Assembly: GCA_010356995.1 (NCBI GenBank)
Contig: ML996689.1
Location: 1,320,691 to 1,384,690 of the forward strand
Source of the DNA: Trichodelitschia bisporula
Lineage: Eukaryota
Direction: 5' to 3'
DNA length: 64,000 bases
Shown here: positions 23,861-35,148 of the stretch, piece after piece
How positions within the stretch are numbered: the first letter of the stretch is position 1
Layout of the letters: every line of letters starts with the position of its first letter
Program-made: the position numbers and the translations under genes
Notes under the pieces: generated by a model
Seen by the model: only the letters and a program-made list of their open reading frames with translations
What the model was told of the DNA's origin: nothing
The model's database searches: none

Positions 23861-24605
23861 TTACCACTGGTTACCGCCGCCCTGCTGCTCACCACCGCCG
23901 TAGCCCTGGCCGCCACCCTGCTGGTAGCCGCCCTGGCCGCCACCTTGGTAGCCGCCCTGGCCACCGCCGTAGCCGCCCTGGCCGCCGCCGTAGCCGCCGC
24001 CGCCGCCGCCGCCGGAGCCCCACTGGCCACCGCCTAGAAGATCGTTAGCATGCTGGACGTAGAATATGAGTACGAAAGGTCTCACCACCACCACCACCAC
24101 GGCTGTAGCCGCCGCCTGTTGGATGTCAGTAGAGTTCAATCCGAAGGGACGAGGAACATACCATAGCTGCCGCCACCGCCCTGGCCACCGCCATCGTTGT
24201 AGCCGCCGCGGCCGCCGAAGCCACCACCACCGCTACGAGGACCACTGCTACGCTCCGACGCCTTGTCGACACGGATGGTGCGACCGTCAAACCTGCACGC
24301 ATTGAGTTAGATAATAGACAGGTAAGACAGTGAATGACGTACTCAACGTTGTTCAGAGCGGCGATGGCGCTCTCGGCATCAGCATCCTGGGCGTAGCGCA
24401 CGAAGCCGAAGCCACGGCTACGGCCAGTGTCGCGATCCTTGACCACAACGGCCTCCTCGACGACACCGAACTCCTCGAACTTGGCACGAAGGGTGTTGTC
24501 ATCAGTGTGCCACGCGAGGCCACTATGACAAGCTGGTTAGCTACGTTCCTCCAATGCGACAGGGAGGGAGGAAGCGTCGACCTACCCAACAAAGAGCTTG
24601 GACAT
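23861..24605 (-). CDS. Glycine-rich RNA-binding protein (single RRM; GRP/CIRBP-like)
   Basis: Introns 24523-24585, 24293-24342, 24116-24161, 24034-24085. RNP2 KLFVGGLAW, RNP1 RGFGFV, GGY/GGQ-rich tail. Confidence 0.92.
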
Positions 24606-25137
24606 GATTGCTGGTAGGGGGTTGAAGAACAAGCGCGAGTGCGAGTTGTTCAGTTGTTAAGATGACGAAGTTCTTCGATAAAAGAACAAAGGTCGGTATT
24701 TGGCAGAGGAATAGGTTGAAGGTGAAAGATGGGATGGGATGGGGGGGAGGAAGCTGGGTTTTAACCGCGAAAGAGAACCAGGATGGGGCTAGAAGAACTC
24801 TGACAGAGATTACCGGCTATCCGCAGTCAGGTGTTTTTTTGGGGACGGGCACGGAGGAACGTGGATGCGCAGGCGTTTCCCTTGGGGTTGGGATATGATG
24901 GTCTAGCTGCTGTACGGTAGCGGGCAGCGGGATGTTTGACAAGAGATGGAGCCCTGTGGGATGGCGAAGGGTTCGCGCTGAACACTGACGCCGGACGAGC
25001 GCGAGTTCAGTGCAAGTGAATTGGATAGGACGAGAGGATATGGAAGAAGTTGGAATTGAAGGGAGTTGAAGTCGAAAGGGAAGAAAAGATGAAGTGATCT
25101 GAGGCAAATGCAGCGAGATGATGTGAGGGGCTGCTCC

Positions 25138-25200
25138 TTCCCTCCCACCTGCTGCCCCTTCCCTCCCACCTGCTGCCCCTTCCCTCCCACCTGCTGCCCC
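25138..25200. repeat. 3 x 21-nt perfect tandem repeat TTCCCTCCCACCTGCTGCCCC
   Basis: Three identical units at 25138, 25159, 25180, upstream of the glycine-rich RRM gene. Confidence 0.95.
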
Positions 25201-27594
25201 TCACCCCCTCCATCACCACTCACGCAACTTCCTCCCCTCCTCCTTCCTCCCATCCAGGAAAGTGCCAGCCAAATCGCGGGGCAAACTGGGAGGGGAGGCG
25301 CGCCTCGCGCTAGCGGCTGCCTGCCATTGACCCTGGTAAGGGCTAGCACCCCCAGGCACTACGTCGTAGGGGTCCCGACTCAAGAGACCTAGGCTGAAAG
25401 GCAAGCGTACAGCAACGAATAGAAGTGACGCGGCGATAGCACCTACAACTTAGTTGCAGCTCCTGTTCGAAAAAGATTGCTTCAGAAAATGTGCTTCATA
25501 GGCTCTTCTCGCCTTTTCATACAGCGACGAAGGGACGGCAAGCTTTCGTTGCTCGGCGGAGGGGTCGAGCGGGGCTGTGTTGCCCTAGACCCTATTGCGT
25601 GCCCGATACCGCAACGATCTACCATGTCGTCATGTGCTATCTCACAGGAACTGCGCAAACCTCAAGGCCAAAGGAAAGGAGTGAAGGGGGTAGAACGAGA
25701 TGATAGGATGGGTCGAGACATAGAAGCAACACGAGACAACAGTGCAAAGGACTGGTGGGGGGAATACTGATGAGAGGTGAGAGGGATGATGAGGGGTTGA
25801 GGGATTGAGGGGTCAACCGCTAAGGTGGGGCAAAGCCGCCAACCGCCAGCCGCACGAGGCAACCTCGCGAAAGGCGTTGCTGCGAATTCATAGTGCAGAA
25901 AATTATCCGAAGGGTCAGAACGGCAAACCAATTCGCTTCTCTAAATCTGGCTTTCCCGGGTCCGGATTCCGGCTCATTCATTGAGGGGAAAAAGGGTTCA
26001 ATCCTGCTTCTTGCAGCCTCAAATCTTGCCAATTGCGCCTTGCAACCACTGGGCTCGCAAAGCGGGTTGAATGGAATCGTTTCAATATTTGCACGTCTCA
26101 ACGCCTGCCCCTCGCCCACCCTCTCCGCCCCCGGACAACGCAGTCCGTACGCCACACACACCCCACGGCCGACGAAATGCACTTCCATCCAATACCGGCA
26201 AAATGCCCTCTCCATCGCTCCAGCATCTCCCGGCTAGTCCGTTGAGGCAGCCCGCCTTATAGGGCCCAATGGCTATCATAGGCGCCCACCGTGCAGCTCG
26301 GGTGTCCCTCTCTGTCTCCACGTCCGGCGCCAACCTAATGGCTGCTACTGCGCCGTCTGCACGCCGCAGCAACTTTCAAGGTAGGAGCGTCACGCTGTCC
26401 CTCGTCCATCATCCCTCATCGCCTCTTCTCCTGTCGAGATAGGGATTTCAGATGCCCCTTAACCTGACGCGGCCTCAGTCCCCCGTTGACCCTACTCAAC
26501 AGCCTTGTCCAGTTGCCCCTCTGTTGACCCCGCCAACGGCCTGAGAAGAAGCGGCCGGGAATTACCCTGGATTTGAAATCCGTGAAACGTTTACTACGTA
26601 ACTTCTTGCGAGCCTCGCAAAAACTCAACGATGCGCGGATGCGGGTGAGCGCGCCGGCGCAGGCTCGGAGCTGTGGCCGTGCAGCCGCGGACAACGGCAG
26701 CAGTAGCGTTCCCCATAGAAAGCAGGACGAGCTGGTGTGGAGGTGGCGACCCGCTGTCCGAGCCTCCACCCGACGTGCGATCGCTCCGGCGCCAGCTGGA
26801 GAGTGCAGTGGGGGGCGAGACCTGGCTCAACGTTCCAGACAACGCTAACAAGGTGTGAAGACGGCGGCTCATGGCATTGGACGGCAGCATTAAAACTCAG
26901 CCATGCGGAGAAATAGCAGTCGAATGAGCCCAGCCATTGCTGGCGGACGTAACAACGGCACCCTGCACGCCTGCATCGCTAAGATACCCAAGAAACCCGT
27001 TACAACGGCAATCCCTGCCGACATGAGCTTGGCCGTCACTAGGAGTAGCTGCAGCTGGTGAAGCTGGATGCCTGCATGCTGGCAACTTGTCCCACGACCA
27101 TCACCACCGTAAAATGGACCATGAGGAGGCAAAGGGCGGGGTCAATGAAGGCCATGTGGTGCGCCGGGAGCTACGGGAAAGCGGGAAGCGGGAACGGGAG
27201 CGATACCAGCAATCTGCTCCACCTGCTCCAAAGCGAGGCCGGCAAGGCTGGTCATCGTCGTGGCAATGGGAGGCGAGGGGAGCCTTGTATGCAAAAGAGG
27301 AGAGCGAGGCCCTCGGAACATGCCGCTGAAGACACCCACTCGACAAATGAAGTTGGCATTACATCGACGACAGTTGGGTTGACTTCATGATATTGTTACA
27401 AAGGAACGGGAAGTTCGAAGTCTGATACAAAGCCAAGAGACATTTCTAATCAGATGTTTCTGACGTATCTGTCATCTGAACGGGCAGGAACGACCATATC
27501 GTCGTGGGTTGGGGAGGCACGTCGGGGAAGGGACACATTTGCCCTAACTTAAACACTCTGACGCCATGAGACTTCAGCTTCGAATTTGTTCCCG

Positions 27595-29598
27595 ATGGAC
27601 GTTCGGAAATGGCTGGATGGCGTTATGACAGCTAAAGCCTCTTCGCCAGATCAGATTCCCAGAGCGCCTGAGTTTCCCGGCTTCCTCCACGTAGATCGTC
27701 AAGTCGAACCACTGCCAAAGCCCCGGAAGCGCAAACATTCCTCCGCAGATAGTTCTTTGTTAGACCCAGTCCTGCCAGTTGGACCACCCTCGAATGGGCC
27801 GGCATCTGATAATGGCGCACACGGAATGAGTAGAGCGGACAGTGGCTCGGAGGGAAGCGCAAGTTCAGAAGAAGTCAGAAGTGTGAGTGGGAAATACTGC
27901 CGACAGCCACGCCGCAAGACCCGCCCTGAACGTTACGACCCGAAGCCACCGAAGAAGAAGCGAGACAAAAAGGCAGAGAGCAAGGGGCGCAAAACATCGA
28001 AGACTGAAAAGAAGGACAGGAAAAAGGCCGATTCGCACAGCTTCAGGGCAAAGAACGTCCCCTGTGATCGTTTGACCGTATGCACCTCCAGCATACTTTC
28101 AAGGAGTGATCTGACGAGCAGCAGCTCAAACCGCAAGCAGGATTCGGCCTCTTCAACAGAGGGAAGGCCTCCTCTCCCTTCCGCGGCCGAGGACGTGAGT
28201 AGCTTCTCAACTTCCGGTCCGCTGAAAGTTATCTGATTACGTCTAGTTCCGGATCTTGCCTTCAATGAGATCAGCTTTCTTCAAAAGCGAGATGTGCCGG
28301 AAGAACCACCCGCTGAGAGTAGGAACGCCCGGAGAAAGAAAGAACGGGCAAGGGCGAATGAAGAGGAGATATCAACATACTTTGTGCCTAAGAGAGATGT
28401 GCCAGCCGTCAAAGATTCGAATCACCCACCGGGGCCCCACAAAGTTTCAAATCAGTCGACAAGAGAGCGCTATCGCCAGGATAGCACTCATGATGCTGAA
28501 AGCCATGTTTCAATCAGGCCGACGATTGAGCACCCAGAAGAGCGACGCATGAGGTCTGACCCTCGTACTTCCCGGGCGGCCTCGACAAGCTGCTTCTCAT
28601 GGACCGAGTCATCTGCTCGATTGCAGAGATCTTCCTTGCGGCCCCGCCCAGCTACTGATGGAGCTGTGAAGCTCAAGGATGTCTGGTACCTGATGAAAAC
28701 AGCTGCAGACCACTATTCGAAGGCCCCTCTCAGACCGCAAATAGCGTCTCAAAAACACGTGGAAAGGCCCACAACTAGACCTCGCTCGAGCTGCGTTAGC
28801 AAAGAACCCCCTTCTCCTGACCAAGCAAGGAAAGAGAATCCATTACAGAGTGTTTCCAACCAGGATCAAAGGGGACTAAGTCCCAGACGAAGTACTCCAC
28901 GTATCCTGGAAGAACTGGAGGAGAACAGTGTCTGCAGTCCACGCATGCCGGAGGTGCGAGGCCAACCAGGCGGGACTAATGGAAATCTTCCAGGACTATC
29001 ACGAGAGCGAGTCTGGGTTCCAGATTCTCGACAAAGGCCCGCAAATGTGCGGGTTGAACGCAATGTTCCTGATGCGAGAGCCCATTCGCCATCAATGAAC
29101 GGACGTCGGCAGCACTGCAATGCACGCTCGCTGCAAAACCCAGAGCAAGGCTCTTATACGAACAACTGGGCGACGCCTGGCCGTGCACGGCATGCTGAGC
29201 CAGTGACGAGACCCCTCCTTTATCCGGAGTTGTTCCGTGACGAGTTTCCAGTGCCGGAGAATGTCGAGACATATCACAGGACCAACGCTCGCAGCCCGGT
29301 ACCGTTGGGCGGCATGAATGAGGGCATCATCGATCACTTGCTCTACTGCTCACCCAGCGATGAGATAGCCGTGGAAGACGCTGAAGTTGCCAATCAGCCG
29401 ATGGATGCTCAATTTGACACCCAGGATGACTTTGGCCGATCGGCCATTCTGGAAGATGAAATGCCTTACCATGAAGAAGTGCCTTATCACAATACAGAAG
29501 TAGATAACTTCAACCAAGCTCAGCGGTCTCTGGTCACACTCTATGATGGAGAGAAGATTTCGGCATCGGGCTTCTGGAGGCCGCGCCGACTGTACTGA
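27595..29598 (+). CDS. Hypothetical, largely disordered, basic protein
   Basis: Introns 28078-28124 and 28195-28246 join ORFs 27586..28236 and 28294..29598 in frame through short motif-like blocks (RRKTRPERY, DRLTLKP..GLFNRGKASSP, LPDLAFNEISFL, terminal GFWRPRRLY). Confidence 0.75.
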
Positions 29599-30239
29599 GA
29601 TTTACGCGGTTGCCCGAGCTTACCCGAAGGATCACGGAGCGTGGTCTTGGTGAATGTTGGGGGTTGTGGACATTGCCATTGGGCACCATATCTGGGAAAT
29701 TACTGTTTGGGTGAGGTAGACACAGCTCTGAGCAGAGCTAGAAGCAGGAAAAATAGATAGAAGTCGTCAAGTACAGTAGCTCGCATTCATAAATATGGAC
29801 GCACTTGGAGCTCTGACCTGCACCGGAGGCTAGCGGGTGATTTTGCCTTCGGGGATCCGCTTGATGGCGGCGGCACGTAACCTTTTGTCAAGCCCGGTCC
29901 GACGTCTGCTCACTATCGCTCCGAGGTTAATTGGTGTTGATCACAGCCAAATGGGCTTAAAGACTTGACTACCGATTTTTTTCCATGTCACAGTTGCGCA
30001 ATCCCCTCCGAATTCGCCATTCCCTCCAGCTCCCCGGTCACTGGTGCACATCAAGCCAGAAGACCCCGCACTGCAAACGACCAGCCGTTTTGAAACCAGT
30101 AAATACCCTCCGCCTAAGCACGCTGGCACCACCAACTTCCCGCCCCACCCTCCGAGACCAAACCTCCTCTCGCGTGGAAAACATTGCGGGCCACCTTCGC
30201 AAACCATCCTCACCGTCAAGCACAGCTCTATCGTCAACC

Positions 30240-31311
30240 ATGGCGTCTCCTCAACCCTCTCCCTATACTACCCGCAAGGTCGGCGCTGCGAACACCCTCG
30301 AGCACCGTGTATACATCGAGAAGGATGGCGTTCCTATCTCGCCGTTCCACGACATCCCGCTCTATGCCAATGAGCAGCAGACCATCTTGAACATGATTGT
30401 TGAGGTGCCTCGCTGGACTAACGCGAAGATGGAGGTGCGTACTAGTGTTTGCTCGAGAAAGCGTGGTGCTCATCGTGCCCCGCACGAGCTGTGCATCGAA
30501 CGGGTTCACTGACGTGTACCTCTAGACCTCCAAGGAGGAAGTCCTCAACCCGATCAAGCAGGACATCAAGAAGGGCAAGCTCCGCTTTGTTCGCAACTGC
30601 TTCCCGCACAAGGGCTATCTCTGGAACTATGGCATGTTCCCTCAGGTATGTGACATCATATGGCAAAAATTTCAAGACACCCAACTGACATGCACGGCAG
30701 ACATGGGAGGACCCTAACGTTGTCCACCCCGAGACCAAGTCCAAGGGCGACAACGACCCTCTCGACGTCTGCGAGATCGGCGAGCTGGTGGCCAAGCCCG
30801 GTGATGTCAAGCAGGTCAAGGTCCTCGGCGTCATGGCCCTGCTCGATGAGGGCGAGACCGACTGGAAGGTTATCGTGATCGATATCCACGACCCGCTGGC
30901 GCCGAAGCTCAACGATGTTGAGGACGTTGAACGTCACCTGCCCGGTCTCCTGCGCGCCACCAATGAGTGGTTCCGTATCTACAAGATCCCGGATGGCAAG
31001 CCCGAGAACCAGTTCGCCTTCTCCGGCGAGTGCAAGAACAGGAAGTACGCCATGGACGTCGTCCGTGAGTGCGCTGAGGCCTGGGAGAAGCTCATCAAGG
31101 GCAAGACTCCTCGTGGTGAGATCTCGCTGTAAGTTGCCTTTCGTACGGGTTTGAGCATTGAGCTGATATATCTAGCACCAACGTCTCTATCAACTCGCCC
31201 GACCGCGTCGAGCCCGGCAGTGTCAACATCCCGCGCGGCCAGGACCTTCCTCCGGCTCCGATTGACCCTAGCATGGATAAGTGGTTTTTCATCTCTGGCG
31301 CCCCGCAGTAG
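30240..31311 (+). CDS. IPP1: Family I soluble inorganic pyrophosphatase
   Basis: Introns 30435-30525, 30646-30700, 31129-31175. Motifs [52 protein letters not shown]. An in-frame upstream ATG exists at 29985. Confidence 0.96.
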
Positions 31312-31556
31312 ACATCCTACTCCCCGTTACAGGGGAAACTTGAGTCCAGGTCAGAAACGGAGTCCAATGAGCCTTTGTCTTTCGTGCATGCACATGGCGG
31401 CTAGATAGATAAAAGCGAAACATGGGACAGTTTTGTCTGTAATCCAGACCCCAACTCCAATCGAATGCGTGACATGGTATCGTGATGCATAGCGGCCAGC
31501 TCTCCCAGCGTGCCCGGGTACCACCCCAATATCGTACATATATGCTTGAGTTTTGT

Positions 31557-31966
31557 CTATGAATTGGACAGATCCTCTTGCCTTTGAAGCATGCGCGAAT
31601 GCCGATCCACCTCCACCGCCACGTCGTTGATCTTCATTTTCTCCAGATCGATAGTCATCTCCTTGCCGTCCTCTGTCACAAGGTATTAGCCGATATCCGG
31701 ATATTTTTACCACCACTTCAACTTCTCCATATCATAGAGTTATATTCTTCAGGTGACAGCCCCTCTTCAAAACCAGGTGTCTACATACTGAACTTGATAT
31801 CCAGAGTCGCTGGCTCCACACTCGCCCGCGGCAGCACCGTGGTATTGATTTGCATGTTCTGCCGCGCATTCGGCGGCAGATTGGCGAGGAATACACGCGC
31901 CGTCTTTGCACCCGGCGTGAAGGGGTTGAACTTCGTCGTCACGGAGGCGAGATACCGGGTAATCAT
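31557..31966 (-). CDS. MRPL44: Mitochondrial large-subunit ribosomal protein mL53
   Basis: MITRYLASVTTKFNPF..ARVFLA; intron 31673-31788; second exon KDGKEMTIDLEKMKINDVAVEVDRHSRMLQRQEDL. Confidence 0.88.
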
Positions 31967-33492
31967 GGTGATATCGGGTCGGAGGAGAGTGGGGTGGGGA
32001 TGTGCGGGGAGCGGTGCGGTCTGGCTTGTTAGCTGGGTGGAATTGCGCAGTGAGAGCTGGGATTTGTACCTCAGAGAGACGGAAGCGGTGTCTAGGGAGC
32101 TTGAGCACGGTTCTATCTCGTTTGCGCGACAATGGCTGTTGATGCTGCTTGATTGATGTTTGAGTCTTTGGCTGCGCCGGCCGGGGGCCAAGAATTTCCG
32201 GCCGGATGCCGATGATATCGGGAGCCGACCGAATCTTTTTTCGAGTCTACACTTCATCACTGCACTGCTACTCGCTTTGCGGCCTGACTTCTCTCCGGGA
32301 AGTATAGAATGATGGTTCAGAAACAAGCGGCCTTGTGAGGTTTGCCTGCTGGCTGGACTTGGTGCTATACGGACTCTTCTCACGGTGATGGGATAGCAAG
32401 AAGGGAGTTATGATGACGCATTCCGTGTGACAACGGCTGGAATGCATGTTTTGCTGAGCGGGCATGGTAATTTGATAATTCGTCTGTCTTTGCGCAGTAC
32501 GGATTGTCCATGTTGATGTTCCATACCTTGAGGTTCGGATATATGTGAACTATCGACGATCTGGATCTTTGAAGAGCACCAACTGCTGCGACCAACCGTC
32601 ACACTTACGTCCCCCAAAATGACTCGAGATAGAGCTGCCATATCGTCTGCCAGACCAGACTGTAGTCATGTCTCCCAGGCCTGTTGTATGAGTCCCCATC
32701 TCATCCTGCCTACTAGGCATCATCCCCATTCCTGCACGGAGTTATGACTACAAAGCTCGACTCCGAGGCCACCACTCGGCAGCCTGGTACAGTACTTCCG
32801 TAGCTCATTCCCCTCACACGCAGCTGCTCAACCTATTCCACATGTCGACGTGTCCCGCACACCGCAGCCGCGGCGCAGCGGCACTTCGGTCGGGGAAGCG
32901 GGTGAAACGAGACGGGGAACAACATGAACAACATCTCCAGCCTCAAGCCATCGAAGAAGGAGAGCATGACCTAGAGGACGAGCGATGAGGGAGTGCCTCC
33001 GTACGCATGCACTGCGCGGATGACGTCCATCCTCAGATCGTCATGATATTGCGGGGGAATACTGATGATCATATGCCCGTCGTCCTCCTCCTCGGTCCCC
33101 TGACCACAGCCCGCCCAACAAAAAGCCCCTGCAGGAAAACAGAACAGGCAACCAGGCGGCCGGTGCACTGCTCTGCAAAGGCCCGTGGAGTATTTAGCGG
33201 GCCGGGAGCCCGGGGTATGTAGAGCCGGACATCCATCGTGGACGGCGTTGCTGGTCAGGACTTCATTTGAAGCTGTTGTTGCTTCCTTCGCCGACGGCCA
33301 CTACTGCTACGGTTTCTCTTTGTTTTTGGGTTCGTTGAGGATTGGCAATTAGGCCAGGGGCTTTGACTGGCTGTCTGCTTTCAGCCTCACGTCCCCCGCC
33401 CCGAGCGCAGGTCGACGCCGCTCGTCCGGTCTTCAACTTCTAACCGTCCCAACTCACGAACGACGACAACACCACCACCGAACGCCGTCGCG

Positions 33493-34624
33493 ATGCACGA
33501 CCCCTTCCCCCTCCCCGCACCCACCTGGCTCGTCCGAGCCGTCACCCCGCTCGCCGACGCACTCAACCTCCCCACCCTCCCCCTCCACTCCCACGAAATC
33601 CTCTTCGCCTTCGCGCTCTACCAGTTCACGCAAACCGCCGTCTCCCCCGCGCTCTCAAAGCGTCTCTTCCCGCAAACGTATGCCAACCTGTCCCCCCGCT
33701 CGAGGCTGAACTGGGATGTGCACGTCGTGTCGCTCCTGCAGAGCGTGCTGGTGTGCGCGACGGCGCTGTGGGTTATGAGCGTGGACGGGGAGAGGAAGGA
33801 TATGGGCTGGGAGGCGAGGGTGTGGGGGTACACGGGCGGGACGGGGCTGGTGCAGGCGCTGGCGACGGGGTATTTTGCTTGGGATCTTGTGGTTACGGCG
33901 CGGAATGTGAGGGTGTTTGGGCCGGGGATGTTGGCGCATGCCGTTGCTGCGCTTACGGTGTTCAGTTTTGGTTTCGTAGGTCCCCTTCCCCAGTGTCCCC
34001 CTACACAACAGAGCGTGGAGTATATGCTGACAGCGTGCCCCCCAGCGCCCTTTCGTAAACTACTACGGCCCAACCTTCATCCTCTACGAGCTCTCGTCCC
34101 CGTTTCTTAACGTCCACTGGTTCTGCGATAAGTTGAATATGACGGGTTCCACGCTGCAATTCCTCAACGGGCTCTGCCTCCTCGCGACCTTTGCCGGCTG
34201 CCGCCTCGTCTGGGGGAGCTACAACTCCGTCCTCGTATACTACGACGCCTGGCGCGCCTTTGCCGCTAGCTCGTCCTCCGGCCCCGCCTTCAGTCTCAAA
34301 GCCCTCAGCGCCGCTGATGCTGAAGCGCTGCGCTTCTACGGCACGGGGGATGCGGACGTGCCCCTCTGGCTCGTGGCGGCGTATCTAGGCTCCAACCTGA
34401 CCCTGAACGGACTGAATTGGTATTGGTTCGGGAAGATGATTGAGACGTTGAGGAAGAGGTTTGATCCGCCGTTTGGGACGAGGGGTGTGGGGGAGAAGGT
34501 TAAGGCGGAGGTTGTGGCTAGGGAGGAGGAGGGGAAGCATGTGGTTGAGGCGACGGAGGTGGTGAGGCGCCGGACGGTGAAGCGCGAGCAGAGTACGATG
34601 GATGTCCTGGATGTTGTAGCTTAG
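33493..34624 (+). CDS. TLC (TRAM/LAG1/CLN8) domain membrane protein, TMEM56-like
   Basis: Intron 33976-34045. Motifs NWDVHVVSLLQS, GYFAWDL, YELSSPFLNVHWFCDK, LNWYWFGKMI; several hydrophobic helices. Confidence 0.88.
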
Positions 34625-35148
34625 GTGTTGTAACTTTGGTATGTGCGTGGTTTGGGCGGGTGGGTTGATGGCGGGGCGGCGAATCTCACTTGGGAGCGGC
34701 ACGGTATTAGGCATGTCTTCGTGGTTACTTTCATCTCATTCGTATTAGGCCATGATGCAAGACGTAGAGTACTTTATGGCAATATTCGCGGTCTGGATGG
34801 GTTACGTCGCGTCGTTCTTCTCAAGGTCCGAAATCGGCCGTCAATACGCCTCCGAGTGTCACGGCTGATCTCTAACCTCGAGGAGATCGATACCACCGAA
34901 CCCATCCAGACCGCGAATTACATACCAGATGCCCACGAAACACGTCCGCGGCTCATGCTCGATATCGTGACAGGAACATGTCCCGCATGCGCCCTCCCAT
35001 TTTCATAACATCGTAACCCACCCAAATGCACCCATATCCAAATCCAAGCAGCAAAAACCCCACCCAACACTCCATGCACACCAAGCAAATTGGGGTATAT
35101 GCAGCCCTTCAACCCCACAAACCACCCAACCATTCCCCTCCAACTCCC

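Noticed and set aside
31309..31408. Stop-codon readthrough to a peroxisomal PTS1 on IPP1
   Set aside because: Stop context is TAG ACA, not TGA CTA, and the extension does not end in an SKL-like tripeptide.
31673..31788. Longer than usual MRPL44 intron as a snoRNA host
   Set aside because: No proper box C with a terminal box D, and no H/ACA layout.
32380..32390. TCACGGTGATG resembling the 5' end of yeast U14 snoRNA
   Set aside because: The conserved U14 domain A (CATTCGCAG) does not follow.
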